Positions 1-13,915 are shown, counted from the stretch's first letter. The stretch: DNA of 64,000 bases from Hemiscyllium ocellatum (GCF_020745735.1 NC_083420.1:50163931-50227930), one strand, 5' to 3'. Notes: generated by a model not told the origin, from the letters alone. A program made the numbers and translations.

Positions 1-507
1 TTCTGATATATCTGGAAATATCTACTTGAAAAGTGTTTTAAGCTTTTTTTAAAAAACACTGAAAGGGGAGTGGCCAAATTCTCCAGTTCAAGGTTTTTCT
101 GTTTGGTTTGGTTTGGGTTTTAGCAAGCAGTCTGTTTGAGTCTGCTGGTCAAAGAAACAGTTCCATGCTGATTTTCTCTCCCCTTGACATCTCTCCTGTA
201 AAAAAAAACCTGTGTTTGATTTCTCCTTTTTTGCCAAAGGGGTGTTTATGAGGATTTTGCAAGTGTTTAGAACAGCATCATTAAGTTGTAATAGAGTTGA
301 TTGGATTTTCAGATAAGTTATGTTATTCTGTATTCTGTTCACTTTTGTTCTTGTGTAAATCAATTCTGTTTTGTTTAAAACCAAGTGTTTGGGCTAGCTG
401 CATCACTCCTGCAATATCCACTTTACACCTGCTTAAGAAATTCTAAAAGTTAGGATCTGGACTACCTTCTTGAAATATTCTGAGGGGGTCTGGCCTGGTC
501 CATAACA
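1..507 (+). mobile_element. Probable 3' part of the 5' LTR of a Gypsy-type retrotransposon
   Basis: Non-coding segment ending in ...CATAACA (CA terminus) directly upstream of gag-like remnants. The partner LTR is not in view and no clear PBS is seen. Confidence 0.45.
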
Positions 508-2710
508 GATTTGCCAGATTTGTTCTGTAGTTCCAATGGGATTAGGGTTGCTGGATCAAAGGCAATGAGTGTAGGTGATAGTGTCTTTTCCTCTGGTTGC
601 TGAATTCAGTTTGTTTAAACAGTGCTTGGTGTGGTAGTGACTCTTCCAGTCACTAAGAGTTTTCTGGGGGTGGAAGAAGTGACTTTGGGGACTTTACAAA
701 AGGTGAACAAAGAAAAGCTGCTGGAATTGGCAGACAAGCTGGAGTTGGAGATGCCTTCTTCCGTGACGTATGGAGAGATAACTACAGCAAAAAGCTCAGC
801 ATTTAAATTTGCTGGAAGTATCATCAGAATGTTTGGAGATAGCTAAAATTCAATTGAGAATGAAGCAGCTTGAGTTAGAGACAAAAGAATAAGAAAGAGG
901 AAAAGTTTGGATCACGATTAAAAGCAGAAGAAAGAGAAAAAGAAATGAAAAAGAAAAAGAAAAAAGAGAGGGAAGTTGAACTTCACAAATTGGCAATTAG
1001 ACAAGAAAGACAGCTTAAAAGGATGGAGATGAAACCTGAAGATAAGATTAGTAAGAAAGAGAGTGAGGGTGAGCAAACCCATGGTAGCCAAAGGCCTGGT
1101 GGGGATCTGTTTAAGTATGTTCAAGCATTGCCTAAATTTGATGAGAATTATGTAGAAGCCATTTGAGAAGATGGCAAAACAAATGAAGTGGCCAATGACC
1201 ACATGGGTTTTGTTGATCCAAATAAAACTTGTAGGTGGAGCTAGCGATGTATTTGTATCACTGTCAGATGAGGTATCTGGGGCATAGGAGGAGGCGAAGA
1301 AAGCTATTTGAAATGCATATGGACTTGTACCAGAAGCTTACAGACAATGTTTCAAGAAGCTAAGGAGGGAACCTTGTCAAATAAGCATTGAGTTTGAAAG
1401 ATCAAACAAAGTAATTTTGATAGGTGGATAAGGGCATTAAAAATAGAGCAAACCTATGATGCTCTTTGAGAGATTACTATTTTGGAGGAGTTCAAAAGTT
1501 CACTTCCTCAGGTAATGAGAACTCATGTGGAAGAGCAGAGAGTTAAAACAACAAGATTAGCAGCTAAAATGGCTGATGATTGTGAGTTGGTTCATAAGTC
1601 AAAGTTTGGCTTCCAACATCAGTTTCAATCTGTGGAGGATAGAAATTGGGGAAAAGAGAAATCCTCATGTGGTAAGGGAAAGGTAGATTTCGGTGAAGAT
1701 CATAAGGATAACTTACCACAGGGCAAAAAGGAAGCCTTTGAAGGGCAAAGAGAAATTTAAAAGTTCCGGTGTTTTCACTGCAACAAAGGAGGTCACGTGA
1801 AATCACAGTGCTAGTGGGTTAGGAAAAGCACTGGGAAGTCAGGATAAGTCAGTGAATTTTGCTGGAGTAGTAATGGGAAGCACAGTGGAGGGTAAAAAGC
1901 TGCACCAGAATGTATAATCTGGTCGGAGGTTGCTTAAGGAGGAAGTGCCTGATCTTTTTAAACCATATACTTGTTAAGGTAAAGTTTACTTGTATAGGCC
2001 AGGAGCAGCAAGTAAAGAGGTTATAATGTTAAGAGAGACAGGATCCTCTCAATCTTTGATGTTGAAAGATGAGGAGATATATACCCCTGGAGGACTATTG
2101 CCAGAAAAACTGCTAGTAATGGGAATTCATGGTGAGACAAGAAGCACTCTGTTATGGAGAGTGAAGTTAGAGTGTCCAGTGAAGAGTGGAAAAGTCGTGG
2201 TAGGAGTACTGGACAAATTCTCAGCTCCAGCAATACAATTTGTTCTTGCTAATGATATAGCTGGTTCACAGGTCGGAGTGCTGCCTACTGTGATTGAAAA
2301 GCCAGTGGAAACTCAGGCAACTAAGGTATTGCGGGAAGCATATACTGGGATTTTTCTGACCGTGTGGTAATAAGATCACAAAGTCACCAGTTGAATTGAG
2401 AGATCAAAGAAAAGTTAAAGTGGAATTTGATCAAATGGTTGAGAAAACCCAGGAGCAAATGGATGACAAAGTAGAAATCTTTAATTCGGAGCAATTAACT
2501 GAGTTACAGCAGAAAGATGAGAAACTAAACGAATTGTATCAAAAAGCATACATGGAAGAAGAATCCGAATGTATCCCTCAATGCTACTATATTAAAAATG
2601 ATGTCTTAATGAGGAAACGGAGACCATCACATATTCAGGCAGATGAGAAATAGGCAGAAATTCATCAAGTTGTATTGCCAGTGGGTTATTGAAAGGAAGT
2701 ATTGAGAGCA
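508..2710 (+). mobile_element. Decayed Gypsy (Gmr1-like) LTR retrotransposon internal region: gag, CCHC knuckle, protease, start of integrase
   Basis: Broken ORFs 945-1166 (coiled-coil, ...LPKFDE), 1482-1760 (LEEFKSSLP...ADD); CFHCNKGGHVKSQC at 1770-1811; protease-like LRETGSSQSL and FVLANDIAG in 1990-2370; CYYIKNDVLMRK..P in 2396-2653. Many stops and frameshifts. Confidence 0.75.
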
Positions 2711-2711
2711 A

Positions 2712-3112
2712 CATATCTTTCCCCTCTCACCCTAAAGCTATGCCCTCTCATTTTGGACTGTTTCTGAAACCTTCAAGATTCACAACATCTTTCCTACAGA
2801 GGGAGGCCAGAATTGAATGCAGTGTTCCAAAAGCGGCCTAATCAATGTCTTGTATAGCTGCAACATGACCTCCCAAGTGCTATGCTCAATGCACTGACCA
2901 ATAAAGGCAGGCATATAAAATGCCTTCTTTCCTAGCCTGTCAACCTGCAACTGTACTTTCAAGGAACTATAAACCTGCACTCCAATGTCTCTTTGTTTAG
3001 CAACACTCCCCAGGACCTTACCAACAAGTGTATAAGTCCTGCCCTGATTCGCCATTCCAAAATGCAGCACCTCACATTTATCTAAATTAAACTCCATCTG
3101 CCACTCCTTGGC
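2712..3112 (-). mobile_element. CR1 LINE ORF2 3' fragment
   Basis: ORF 2780-3097 reads MEFNLDKCEVLHFG...RDIGVQV...LYKTLIRPLLEHCIQFW, typical of the CR1 RT C-terminus. Confidence 0.85.
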
Positions 3113-5698
3113 CCTGTCTACCTTGCCACATTACTGGGCTGGTTTCTTCAGCATCAGCATTGCTTCTCTAAGCATCTCTGTAAACTTTCCCTTTTCTTCA
3201 TTTGAGGAAATTGATCCTTGATCTATATTCCCCTCCTCTAAGTTTTCACCTTGTAGTACAGCTAGATTGTGCAAGGACAACAAATGATCACTCTTCTGGA
3301 GACTCTGTACCACAAGTATTGGATTGCTCTTTCTGAGTGGTCAAGGTAGCAGAAACACATCTTCCAAAGCCCAAAGGCTAAATCTTACATTTATTTTGCT
3401 AAGTCTGAGTTGCATCAAGTTTTTTGGAGGGTTTTTCACCAGAAGGCCTAGCATGTTCTCTCACTGTATCTTACCAAATGCACTGCATTATTGATCTCTA
3501 ATGCCCCATGACTTTTATCAAGTCCAATTCCAGCTCCACCGTACCACATTCCATTCTCAGAATAACTCACTACTTGGTGGAGTATTGGCAATCTGGCATT
3601 GCTCCTCACTGGTGATGTTATGGCACAGCAACAACAAAACTATGATGCCCATGGGACATACCTGGTATGGCTGACACTCATGAGCACATGCAATCCCATT
3701 CTCTTATATTAGTTGTAGTTTAACAAACATGCCAGACATCTTACCTGTCTGGAACAGCATTCCATCTGAATGTTCTCTAAGTCAGCCCTACTCTGTCTTG
3801 AATGCCACTTTGACCCACATCTCGCCATTGTCTCATAGTGAACATCATACACAGGCAAGCAATCAGATAAAATATAAACATGAGCTTTTATTTACAGAAA
3901 TTGAAAGAGAACACAATAAGAAATCAATAAAGGCTGAAGCTTGCACTGATAACAAACCAAATTTCAACATTACGACCAAAGAATGTTTACATCACTCCAC
4001 CCCTTACGCCACTGGTGTCTCAGTCTAGATTTGAGCAGTTCAATCTCCTGTTATAACTATTCTATAATCAATGCATCTCTGTAATTTCACTGCAGGTTTG
4101 TTCCTCTACATCTTTCCCACTAGTCTGTTGTTTATAGAATAATGTGAGGAATTCAGAACTCCCAACCATCATGCATCATAAATAATCAGTGTTTATTATT
4201 TAGGCCAGCTCCTGCAGACTTATCACATGGTCAAAGTCTCAAAAAGGCTGCTGATAGATTTGGAACCACTGTAAACTGAGCAAAAGTTAAGAAAAGAGAG
4301 AAATTAAGGAAAAAAGAAGTTTCTGTTATATTATTGCAATAATCCAGATTGTCACTATAGTACCAAGTCCAGCAAGGCAGTTTGTTACAGTTGCTTCATA
4401 ATTCTCCACTAGGGAAGCATTTCCTTTGATGACTAAGTCTGAAAATTGTACCCACAAGTTACTTGCTTTTATGGTGGCTGTAACAAAACTTGATAGGGAA
4501 ACGCCTTCTAACTCTGTGAACAGTAGATTTTGCAAATTCTTTGGAAACATGCAGTTAATGATTGATTTTTGTGAAAGAATGTGTTGTCAAAGGGCGTAGA
4601 TGGCATTAGTGCCTGGAAATTTAACACTAACTAGTTGCAGGGGGCTCTTGTGGCTTGGTAGTGTTCTCACCTCTCAACTAGATAGACCTGGGTTTGAGTC
4701 TCACCTGTTTCTCTGATGTCATCATAATCCCAACAGGTTGAATAAAAGTATTTAAACAATCTCAGAATTGCTCATGTTTTGCTGTTACTAGTTTTATGGA
4801 TTCTGATTAAAAACCTGCAGTTGCCAATTCAGTTAACAGAAGAGATGAATTTGATAAAGGGCACCAAGATTAGTTCAGGTTCCACCGCAACAAGCAGGTG
4901 GAATTTAATTTGCAATGGCAAGATTTAGAAGCACATAGATTTAACTGCACAAGGCTTGCTGTTCACATTCACCAAACAATTACCAGGCAGGAAGTAAATT
5001 CACACACTTACGATTGGCTCTGAACAACCACCATGCTACAAAAGCAAAAAAAGGATTTTCTTTCCATGTCCAAAACATTAGGCACTTTGTATATGGAAAT
5101 CAGGGCCTCAACTTTGTTTCAGGCCTCATCACCAAAACTGGTTTGCCCTGAGACAGTAGGTGCGAACCACTGGGATAAGCCCTTACTAACATGGTAGTTT
5201 TCTTATCTGTATGTGAAACAATGAGGTGCGGAAAGCTTGTTTTGGAAACAAATTTAAGAGCACAGGCCATTCGTCTCCTAAATTAGCCTTGATACCCCAC
5301 TCCAATATCTACCATTCCATCATTTCAGTTTCCCCCAAATTTGGCTTCTGATTCTCTTCTCATGGTTGCCAAGGCAGGTCCTTGCAGTAAAAGCAGCAAC
5401 CTGCTCTTTGCTTGATTTCCCTCAATGGAGTTTTTGTACTATACCAGCTTGATGTGAATGAAGCTCACAGCTCAAAAGTAGGCATCTTGGACTTCACCAG
5501 CTAGATTCAAGAATTGCACATACATTGTGCATCAATTTTGTTTTACCAATGATCAAGTTTGGTGGTGTACTGAAAATGCCTGCCTGTTGCAACATTAAGA
5601 TATGCACCAAAAGATCTCAAGGTCAACTGTTGATTAATGATTAGTTACCTGATCTTAGGTGGGGTGGAGGTTGATGGTCTACATTTTATCACAGCAAA

Positions 5699-6060
5699 TG
5701 GTGGCACAGTGGCTCAGTGGTTCGCACTGCTGCCTCACAGTGCACCAAGGACCTGGGTTCGATTCCAGCCTCAAGCAACTGTCTGTGTGAAGTTTGCACA
5801 TTCTCCCAATGTCTGCGTTGCTTTCCTCCGGATGCTCCAGTTTCCTCCCACAATCCAAAGATGCGCAGGTTAGATAAATTGGCTATGCTAAATTGCCCAC
5901 TGTGTTCAGGGATGTGTAGGTTAGATGCATTAGTCGGGGGTAAATGTAGAGTAATAGGGTAGGGGAATAGATCTGGATGGGTTACTCTTTTGGAGGGTTA
6001 GTGTGGACCTGTTGGGCCAAACAGCCTGTTTCCACACTGTAGGGATTCAATGATTCTATG
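5699..6060 (+). mobile_element. tRNA-derived SINE (shark HE1-like) with CR1-like 3' tail
   Basis: A-box GTGGCTCAGTGG and B-box GGTTCGATTCC; central domain shared with four other copies here; tail CCTGTTTCCACACTGTAGGGATTC resembles the CR1 3' ends. Confidence 0.85.
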
Positions 6061-6375
6061 AACTGTAGGGCAGAAACCCACGATACAGCCCTCCAATCAA
6101 TTTTTAATGTCTGGGGATTTCTGGGGATTCCCCTGAATTGCTGCACTGAGAATAAGCTAATGAAAAAGGGGTTTTCCCAGTCCTGCTGTCATATTTTCCA
6201 ATTCCCTCATTGGTAAAATAACTCCTCTGTTGTAGTCAATGAGAAGCAGAGTGCAAACATGAAGGCCTTAAAGTAAGTGGTACGTTTTCTTCCTTTAACC
6301 ATGATGTCAGGTAAGAGACTAGTGCTAAAGGCCATCTGGTGACTGTGTTTATAAAAACAGAAAAATAGAAAACAG

Positions 6376-6640
6376 ATGAGGCAGTAAATCATTTAGGCCA
6401 TTGAGCTCGTTCTGCCACTCAACATGGTTATCTCTGATCTTTTATCTCAATGCCATGCTCCCACACCATACTCCTTGATACTGAAAAAGTCTCTAGAAAT
6501 GCCTTTTTTTTTGTCTGAAGTACATTCAGTGACTTGGTCTTCACAGTTTTGTGTGAGAGAAAATCCCATAGGTTCACCTTCCTCTGAGTGAAGAAATTTC
6601 TCCTCACCTCAGTACATATTGGCCTACCATGTAACATAAG
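6376..6640 (-). mobile_element. Old CR1 LINE 3' fragment
   Basis: ORF 6428-6697 contains EVRRNFFTQRKVNLW, the CR1 C-terminal motif. Confidence 0.7.
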
Positions 6641-7722
6641 ACCAGGATCTTTTCCATTGTCAACACCTTTCAGATGGCACCAATTGCTGGTCTTCAATTT
6701 TCAGCACTAAGCCATGTTTAGAAATAGTTAACCTTAATCCACAAGTTTGTAGATTAGAATTTTTCCTGCTTTAAAATCACAATGTTCTCATGTCCAATTG
6801 TTTGTTTTGAGAATTGAACTGCTCAACAGCCTGGTATGAAAATTCTTTGGACAGTACAAAAGTCTCCATGTCGGTCAGGTATTAGTTTGTTGAAAATAAA
6901 AGGTTGTTTTGATTATTCAGTGCAGCACACTAAGTGCAGTGTCTGACACACACCTAGGCTTTGGGATAACAGGTAAAGTGAGTTGTCCCTTGTAAAACAC
7001 AGTTAGTGAATAGGTACGAGACCAGAAAGGTAAGATGCAGTTAACTGATATCAACCCAGATAGTAACAGCAATACCATGATTATTTTGAGATCAGCCTAT
7101 GTGCATTTCTTAGCAGTTTCCATATTTGTCATTCTAAACAGGACAAATAAGTCACTTTTAGCTATTAAAAAATTCTATCATTCATTGAGATTTGGTATAT
7201 TTAAGCCAGGAATTATTTGTGAAGGTTCTTTGTGGTGTTTCCCAATAATTCACTAATGCTGTACTCATTGAAGTCTGACTTATTGAGATCAGATTTCCAC
7301 TACTTTAACACTGAATGGGTGGAGTGTCACAAGAATATTAAAGAGCAAACCTCAATTTGTTATTGCAGCATCATCACCAAAACAAGAGCTAAGGGACTGA
7401 AACAAATGCCTATGACAGTTCTAAGCAGCGGATCTGTGGAAATAATGACAGTCCCTTGACACCCACAACTGCAACACTGCCTTAAATGAAAACAATAAAA
7501 ACAAATATGATTTATTGTAATTTTCCACACATGTATCTCTGATTTTATATCCTTGCTTATTTTCTCTATCTCTGCCACAAAAAAGTCAACCTGCTGTTAG
7601 GGTAAGGTCCCAGTGACTCAGGTTATTTTCCAGTGTTTCATCTAAGTAGCCCAAGTTATGGTAGGCCACTTTATTATATGAAGTATCACAGCCAAGCCTC
7701 ACGAGACATCTACAATCCTCCA

Positions 7723-7868
7723 AACTAAAACAAAGAACTGCAGATACATGAGATTGCAAACAAAAACAGAAATTGCTGGTGAAACTCAACAAGTCTAGCA
7801 GCATCTGTGGGAAGAAAGCAGAATTAACATTCTGGATCTGGTGATTCTGACGAAGAGTCACCGGACCA
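7723..7868 (-). mobile_element. Short PLE pLTR remnant with truncated hammerhead core
   Basis: CTGCAGAT...TGCTGG...GCAGCATC arm as in the other pLTRs, followed by CTGACGAAGAGTCAC with no GAAA half. Confidence 0.5.
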
Positions 7869-9709
7869 TTTTTGTACACTTTTCACTGTACTCCTGTACT
7901 TCTGTACTTCTGTACTTATGACAATAAGCCCAATTGTATTCTAAATTCTAAACTTAAATGTCTCTGTTTTATATTTAACATTATATTCCCTGTCAATCAC
8001 TATTCTTCCTTAATTATAGATATCATCACTGACACTTTTTAAAAAATCTTCCAAGTAATTAGTGTTTTGGCCTTTTTAATGTTTCATTCTCCTTTCTAAA
8101 ATTGAGTAACACGATATTTAACTCCATAACATCCTGATGCTACTTTGCCAGGATGTGCAGAGTTAGCTGCTTCTGATATATTCTGTCCTGATGTGAGCCT
8201 TCTCAGCATATACAAACCTAAGAAGCTGTGGTATCCTGATGTCACACAACTCAATGGCAGGAAAACTCATTTGAACACACTGGTCCTTACACTCTGCAAT
8301 GAACAAGCATGGAGATGGAAATTGGACACTGTAATAGCATTCCATAATCGGATTAGGCACTCAAATTTCAGGTGACATTTTTTATCTTTTCCTTTGTTTG
8401 TTCATGGGATGCAGACGTGGTAACTAGGCAGATTTACAGTTGAACAGCTCCCCCTTCCCCTCTTAATTGGCATATTCTCGCCAATGAAATTAACATTAAC
8501 TACTGATCTTCAATCATTGACCACTCTCAAACATACCCCCCTGCACCTGACTCCAACTCTCCTTCTTGGTTTGAAATTCAATCCATCAACTCCCTCACTC
8601 CCACTCTTCAATTGATCACTATACCCTTTCCAACCTCCTCCAGTGGATTTGACAACTGACCTGATCAACACCCATTCTTGTATTCACCTTCGCATGGACT
8701 GCTCTCAAAGCCCTGACCAACTCTTTCAAACAACTCACCTCTCCCCCAACAACACAGATCAACCTAACTATCCCTCCTGCCTGGCCTGGACTTAGCAACT
8801 GCTACACTGAATTGCATGACTGGTGGCCCAGCCTGTCACTCAGGCTAATCTTTTAGCGGGTTCCTGATCACCAACATCACTGACATTCTGTGAAGGATGA
8901 GGAAATCCCAGGTTGCCTACATGTTTCTGACCAAGCCCTCGCCTGCAGGTCATATTAAGTAACTATCTTATCCCTAGTTGAGAGCTGGACCACTCCATAG
9001 TCATTGACAGTTACAGGAACTGACAAGCACCTAGCACATTGGTGTATATGACCATCAACCTTCTGCTGTATGACACTTCATTAAGATCTTCATTAAGATC
9101 TTCATTTGAGTTCTTGGCAGTGGAATTTATATGCAATTTTTATCCTTCACAGAGCCACCATGACTCTCCCATGTGCTGATTTCATCTCCATGCTCACATG
9201 CAAGGTACATATAGTCCCAATATCCGAGTTGGTGGCTGTAAATGCCAGATCAAGTGATACAGCTTCTTGAAAGTGTTGTTCCTTATATTCTTCCTTGGGC
9301 TGAGGGGCTGGACAGGGCCAGTTTTCAAGAGTCTGAAAGCAGAAAATCAAGAGCAAGGTTGAGGTGCAGGAAAGGGATAGAGTAAGAAGCAAGAAATCTT
9401 TAGTCACACATCCTACAAACTGTTCATCATACCAGGCAGCATAAAGAGGATATGTGGGAGTTGAGAAGAGTCATAAGAACATTTTCTCAAAAATATGGAT
9501 GACACAAGCTCTGTTGCCAGTGACTTTTATGCTAAGAATATCTCCTCCATTGACCTCACTAGATGCAAGTGCCTTTTTCCATTCCAGTTCTCTCTGTTCC
9601 CTTTTATTGTGTGCCATTTTATCCTAAATCGGAGGGAATAATGTCACTGATTGTATAGTGTGGTGTTTGACCAAGGTTCCTACCAAAGCTGAACAGATAG
9701 ACTTATGTA

Positions 9710-10200
9710 GGAGAAAGTGAGGACTGTAGATGTTGGAAATTATAATCAATATTAGAATGGTGTTGGAAAAGCACAGCATCCGAGGCGCAGGAAAATCAAC
9801 GTTTCGGGAAAAAGCCCTTCATCAGGAATGAGGCTGGGAGCCTCAGAGGTGGAGAGATAAATGAAAGGGGGGTGGGAATGGGGAGAAGGTAGCTGAGAGT
9901 GCAATAGGTGGATGGAGGTGGGAGTGAAGGTGATAGGTTGGAGAGAAGGGTGGAGTGGATAGTTGGGAAAGAACATTGACAGATTTGACTGGTCATGAGG
10001 ATGGCGCTGAGCTGCAAGGTTGGAACTGGATTAAGGTAGGGGGGAGGGGAAATGAGAAAACTGGTGAACTCCACATTGATGCCATGGGTTTGAAGGGTTC
10101 TGAGGTGGAAGATGAGGTGTTCTTCCTCCAGGCATCGGGTAATGAGGGAGTGGCAGTGGAGGAGGCTCAGAACCTGCATGTTCTTGGCAGCGTGGGAGGG
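9710..10200 (-). mobile_element. Neptune-type Penelope-like element 3' end (GIY-YIG C-terminus plus pLTR)
   Basis: ORF 9796-10179 reads LEEEHLIFHLRTLQTHGINVEF; the pLTR with tail GGAGAAAGTGAGGACTG matches the other copies. Confidence 0.8.
9794..9829 (-). ncRNA. Minimal type I hammerhead ribozyme motif (weakened)
   Basis: Minus strand ATTC-CTGATGA-A-GGGC-TTTT-TCCC-GAAA-CG-TT-GATT; mismatches in stems I and II. Confidence 0.5.
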
Positions 10201-10384
10201 AGAGTGTGTTTACAGCAAAAGGTGAGCATAGCAGGTGTGTGATGGCAAGGTGGCATATCTACATTTTGATCTGAATTCTGAATGTCAGGGGAGTGCTCAT
10301 GGGTCTGAAAGAGGTGAATATGCATGGGGCTGAATATGATGTTAATGAAGCAATGAATACGAGATATCATATGAAGATGTGTTC

Positions 10385-10575
10385 ACTAAACCTGACCATC
10401 TGTGTGAAGTCAGTAACTTTTTGTGGTACAATACCGAGTTCACAGGTGCAGACTCCAGGAGTTGATCTCCTTGGCCACCAGTTGTCACTCCATTCTGAAG
10501 GTGATCCTCAAAGGTCTCCAGGCACATCCTCTACCTTCCCCAGGTGCACCATTAATGCCTGATACCTCACCATCA
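10385..10575 (-). pseudogene. Degenerate Myb/SANT-like coding relic, probably from a Harbinger transposon
   Basis: Minus strand reads ...RME*QLVAKEINSWSL...KK...DFTQMV, resembling the Myb/SANT protein of PIF/Harbinger elements; contains stops and shifts. Confidence 0.35.
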
Positions 10576-10897
10576 TTGGAAGCCATTGTCTATCCATGTA
10601 TTCAATTTGCCATTATTTAAGTTCTACCAATACTGTTCAGTGGAGCTTTCCTTTAAGAGTTGCAGCCTGCCTTTAAGAGGAACAGGCTGGTGCAATGTGT
10701 GATATTTTCATAGTGCTGCCCAGCCCATGCTACTGCAGACACAGCTGACAATGTGAAGAAGAAGAAGGAAACACAAGGCGCACTCAACCCATACAATCTG
10801 CAGATAATGATTGCATCAAATTTGCATGTTTCCCTTTCTTGATCAGAACCAGTGCATCATCATGGCTCATTCAAAAACTGACACACATGAATTTCAA

Positions 10898-11987
10898 AGC
10901 TGAAAGATGTGTTGCTGGAAAAGCGCAGCAGGTCAGGCAGCATCCAAGGAGCAGGAGAATCGACGTTTCGGGCATAAGCCCTTCTTCAGGAATGAGGAAG
11001 GTGTGCCAAGCAGGCTAAGATAAAAGGTAGAGAGGAGGCACTTGGGGGGAGAGGTGTTGGGAATGTGATAGATGGAAGGAGGTTAAGGTGAGGATGATAG
11101 GCTGGAGAGGGGGTGGGGGCGGAGACGTCGGGAAGAAGATTGCAGGTCAAGAAGGTGGTGCTGAGTCTGAGGGTTGGGACTGAGATAAGGTGGGGGGAGG
11201 GAAAATGAGGAAGCTGGAGAAATCTGCATTCATCCCTTGTGGTTGGAGGGTTCCTAGGTGGAAGATGAGGCGCTCTTCCTCCAGGCGTCGTGTTGCATGT
11301 CCTTGGTGGAGTGGGAGGGGGAGTTAAAGTATTCAGCCACGGGTTGGGTTGGTTGGTGTGGGTGTCCCAGAGGTGTTCTCTGAAACGTTCCGCCAGTAGG
11401 CGGCCTGTCTCCCCAAAGTAGAGGAGGCCACATCGGGTGCAGCGGATGCAGCAAATGATTTGTGTGGAGGTGCAGGGGAATTTGTGACGGGTATGGAAGG
11501 ATCCCTTGGGGCCTTGGAGGGAAGTGAGGAGGGAGGTGTGGGCGCAAGTTTTGCATTTCTTGCGGTTGCAGGGGAAGGTGCCGGGAGTGGAGGTTGGGTT
11601 GGTGGGGGTTGTGGACCTGACGAGGGAGTTGCGGAGGGCGTGGTCTTTCCAGAACGCTGATAGGGGAGGGGAGGGAAATATATCCTTGGTGGTGGGGTCT
11701 GTTTGGAGGTGGCGGAAATGATGAAGGATGATACGATATATCTGGAGGTTGGTGGGGTGGTAGGTGAGGACCAGTGGGGTTCTGTCTTGGTGGCGATTGG
11801 AGGGGCGGGGTACAAGGGCGGAGGAATGGGAAGTGGAGGAGATGTGGTGGAGAGCATCATCAATCATGTCTGAGGGGAAATTGCAGTCTTTGAAGAAGGA
11901 GGCTATCTGGGTTGTTCAGTATTGGAATTGGTCCTCCTGGGAGCAGATGCAGCAGAGGCGAAGGAATTGGGAATATGGGATGGGATG
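10898..11987 (-). mobile_element. 5'-truncated Neptune-type Penelope-like element
   Basis: ORF 10986-11867 has the Cys linker GTFPCNRKKCKTC and GIY-YIG IICCIRCTRCGLLYFGETGRLLAERFREH; flanked by the 9-bp direct repeat GAATTTCAA (10889-10897, 11988-11996). Confidence 0.88.
10958..10993 (-). ncRNA. Minimal type I hammerhead ribozyme motif in pLTR
   Basis: Minus strand ATTC-CTGAAGA-A-GGGC-TTAT-GCCC-GAAA-CG-TC-GATT; intact core and GUC triplet, short stem I. Confidence 0.7.
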
Positions 11988-12284
11988 GAATTTCAACCCC
12001 ATTATGTCTAATGATACAGTTGTTAATTTCTTTATGTTATCCTTTGCTTAGGACCCTATGATCTCTGTGCCTTTACAGTTTTACGTTCATTCCAAAACTA
12101 AGCGGCAGATACGGACCTGTCATCTCAGCCTGTTCCTGGCCCACTGAACTTATTTTTTTCTTACACTGATTCTATTTTCTCCCCTAGTTGAGTATTGTTC
12201 TATCTGTATTCATAATTCTTCTGATGTTCTATTTTGGATCCATGATTTCCAGTTTTTTTGGACCTAGCCATCTCTTTGCCACCA

Positions 12285-13915
12285 TGCATAGAAAATCCCT
12301 CTATTTGTCCATCCTCCATCAGAAGGCTCTGAAGACTCCTTCTTCCTCCTTGAAAATAGGCCTGAACAGTCCCCATCCACCACCACTCCTTCATCTGACT
12401 GAACTTGTTCTCATTTTTAAAAAAACTTCTCCTTTAACCCAGCTCACTTCCTCCAAGTCAAAGATGTGGCTATTGAAACCCATGTGGATCCTAGTTATGC
12501 TTGTCTATTTGTGGTATATGTGGAATATTCCTTGTTCCAATCTTTCTCAGACCACCAACCCACTTTTTCTCTGATACAATGATGGTGTCATAGGATGCTG
12601 TGACCCATTCTTATTCAGAATTGGGAAGTTCTTCAACTTTGCTTCCAATTTCTAACCTTTTCTCAGCCCCACCTGGTCCATCTTTGACTCTTCCCTTCAA
12701 TGACTTTACTGTTTCCAAGCTATCTACCATACCCAGTACAAAACCATCGACTCCCAGTAGTTACCTTCATGACACCTCCTCACATCATGCTTCCTGCAAT
12801 TATTCAATTCCATTTTCCCAGTTTCTCCATCTCCATTATGTTTGTTCTGATGATGCCACCTTCCATCATGCTGGCTCTGACATGTCTTCTTTTGTCCTCA
12901 ACTGAAGATTTCCCTCCCCACTGGATTGACAAGGCCTTCAATTGTTTCCAACCCATCACTCACACTTCAGCCTTCACCCCTTGTCCTCCGTCCCGGAACA
13001 ATTATAGGGTTTCCCCTTGCCCCCACTTTCTGCCTCACCATTTTCCACAAAGGATCATCATCACCAACTACATTTTCTGCTCCCCTTTGCTCCATTCCAT
13101 TGGGTCCATTCTCTCTGTAGCACCCTGGTTCACTTTTCCATCACTCCTAATACTTTCTTGCTTGTCTATGGCCATGCAGTTGCAACACTTGCCCATTCAC
13201 CTTCTCCCTTCTCACCACCCAAGTCCCCAAATACACCTTCCAGGTGAAAGGGAATTTTCATTCGTACTTTTCTCAAGCTAGTCTACTGTATTTGCTGCTC
13301 ACAATGTAGTCTCCTTTACATTGGCAAGACCAAATGTAGACTGGGTGACCCCTTTACAGAACACCTTTGTTCTGTCCATTGAAATAACCCCAATTTCTTG
13401 CCATTTCAATAAACCACCTTATTCCTAAGCTAACATTTTTATCTTGGACCTGATACATTGTTCCAATGTAAGCTGGAGGAACAACACCTTATTTTCCATT
13501 TAGATACTTTACAGCCTCTTGAAATCAATATTGAATTCCAGTACTTCAGAATACCTCTGTACTTCTGTTTTAATATCCCCTGCTGTGTCTGATCTGTGTC
13601 TTGTTATTTTTGCGTTTAGAAGGATTGATCCATCTTTTCCTTTATACAGCTAACATTGGTAGCTATTGTATATATCTATCTCTCCTTTACCACCAGTATT
13701 ATAACCTTTGTCTTTGCTTTGGGTGCCCTCACAATCTGTTCCACTTGCTCCTCTTCCCTTATTATCTGCAGCTTATAAACCACCATTTTCCTGCTCCTTT
13801 TTATTTCCAAAGAAGAGTCGTCCTAAGAGTCTTGCAATATTGGCTCTTTCTTCAGGGAAAATGCTGCCAAATCTGCTGAGTTTCTCCAGCACTTTCTATT
13901 TTTATTTCTGCTTTC
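12285..13915 (+). mobile_element. Old Neptune-type PLE (RT, GIY-YIG, decayed pLTR)
   Basis: RT remnant NFSFN.AHFLQVKDVA...PSYACLFVVYVE at about 12420-12530; LVYCICCSQCSLLYIGKTKCRLGD at about 13278-13350; pLTR-like GCTGCC...CTGCTGAGTTTCTCCAGCA at about 13860-13890. Confidence 0.75.

Noticed and set aside
5699-5770. tRNA-like A and B boxes
   Set aside because: SINE head continuing into SINE body, with no complete cloverleaf; the same applies to the other copies.
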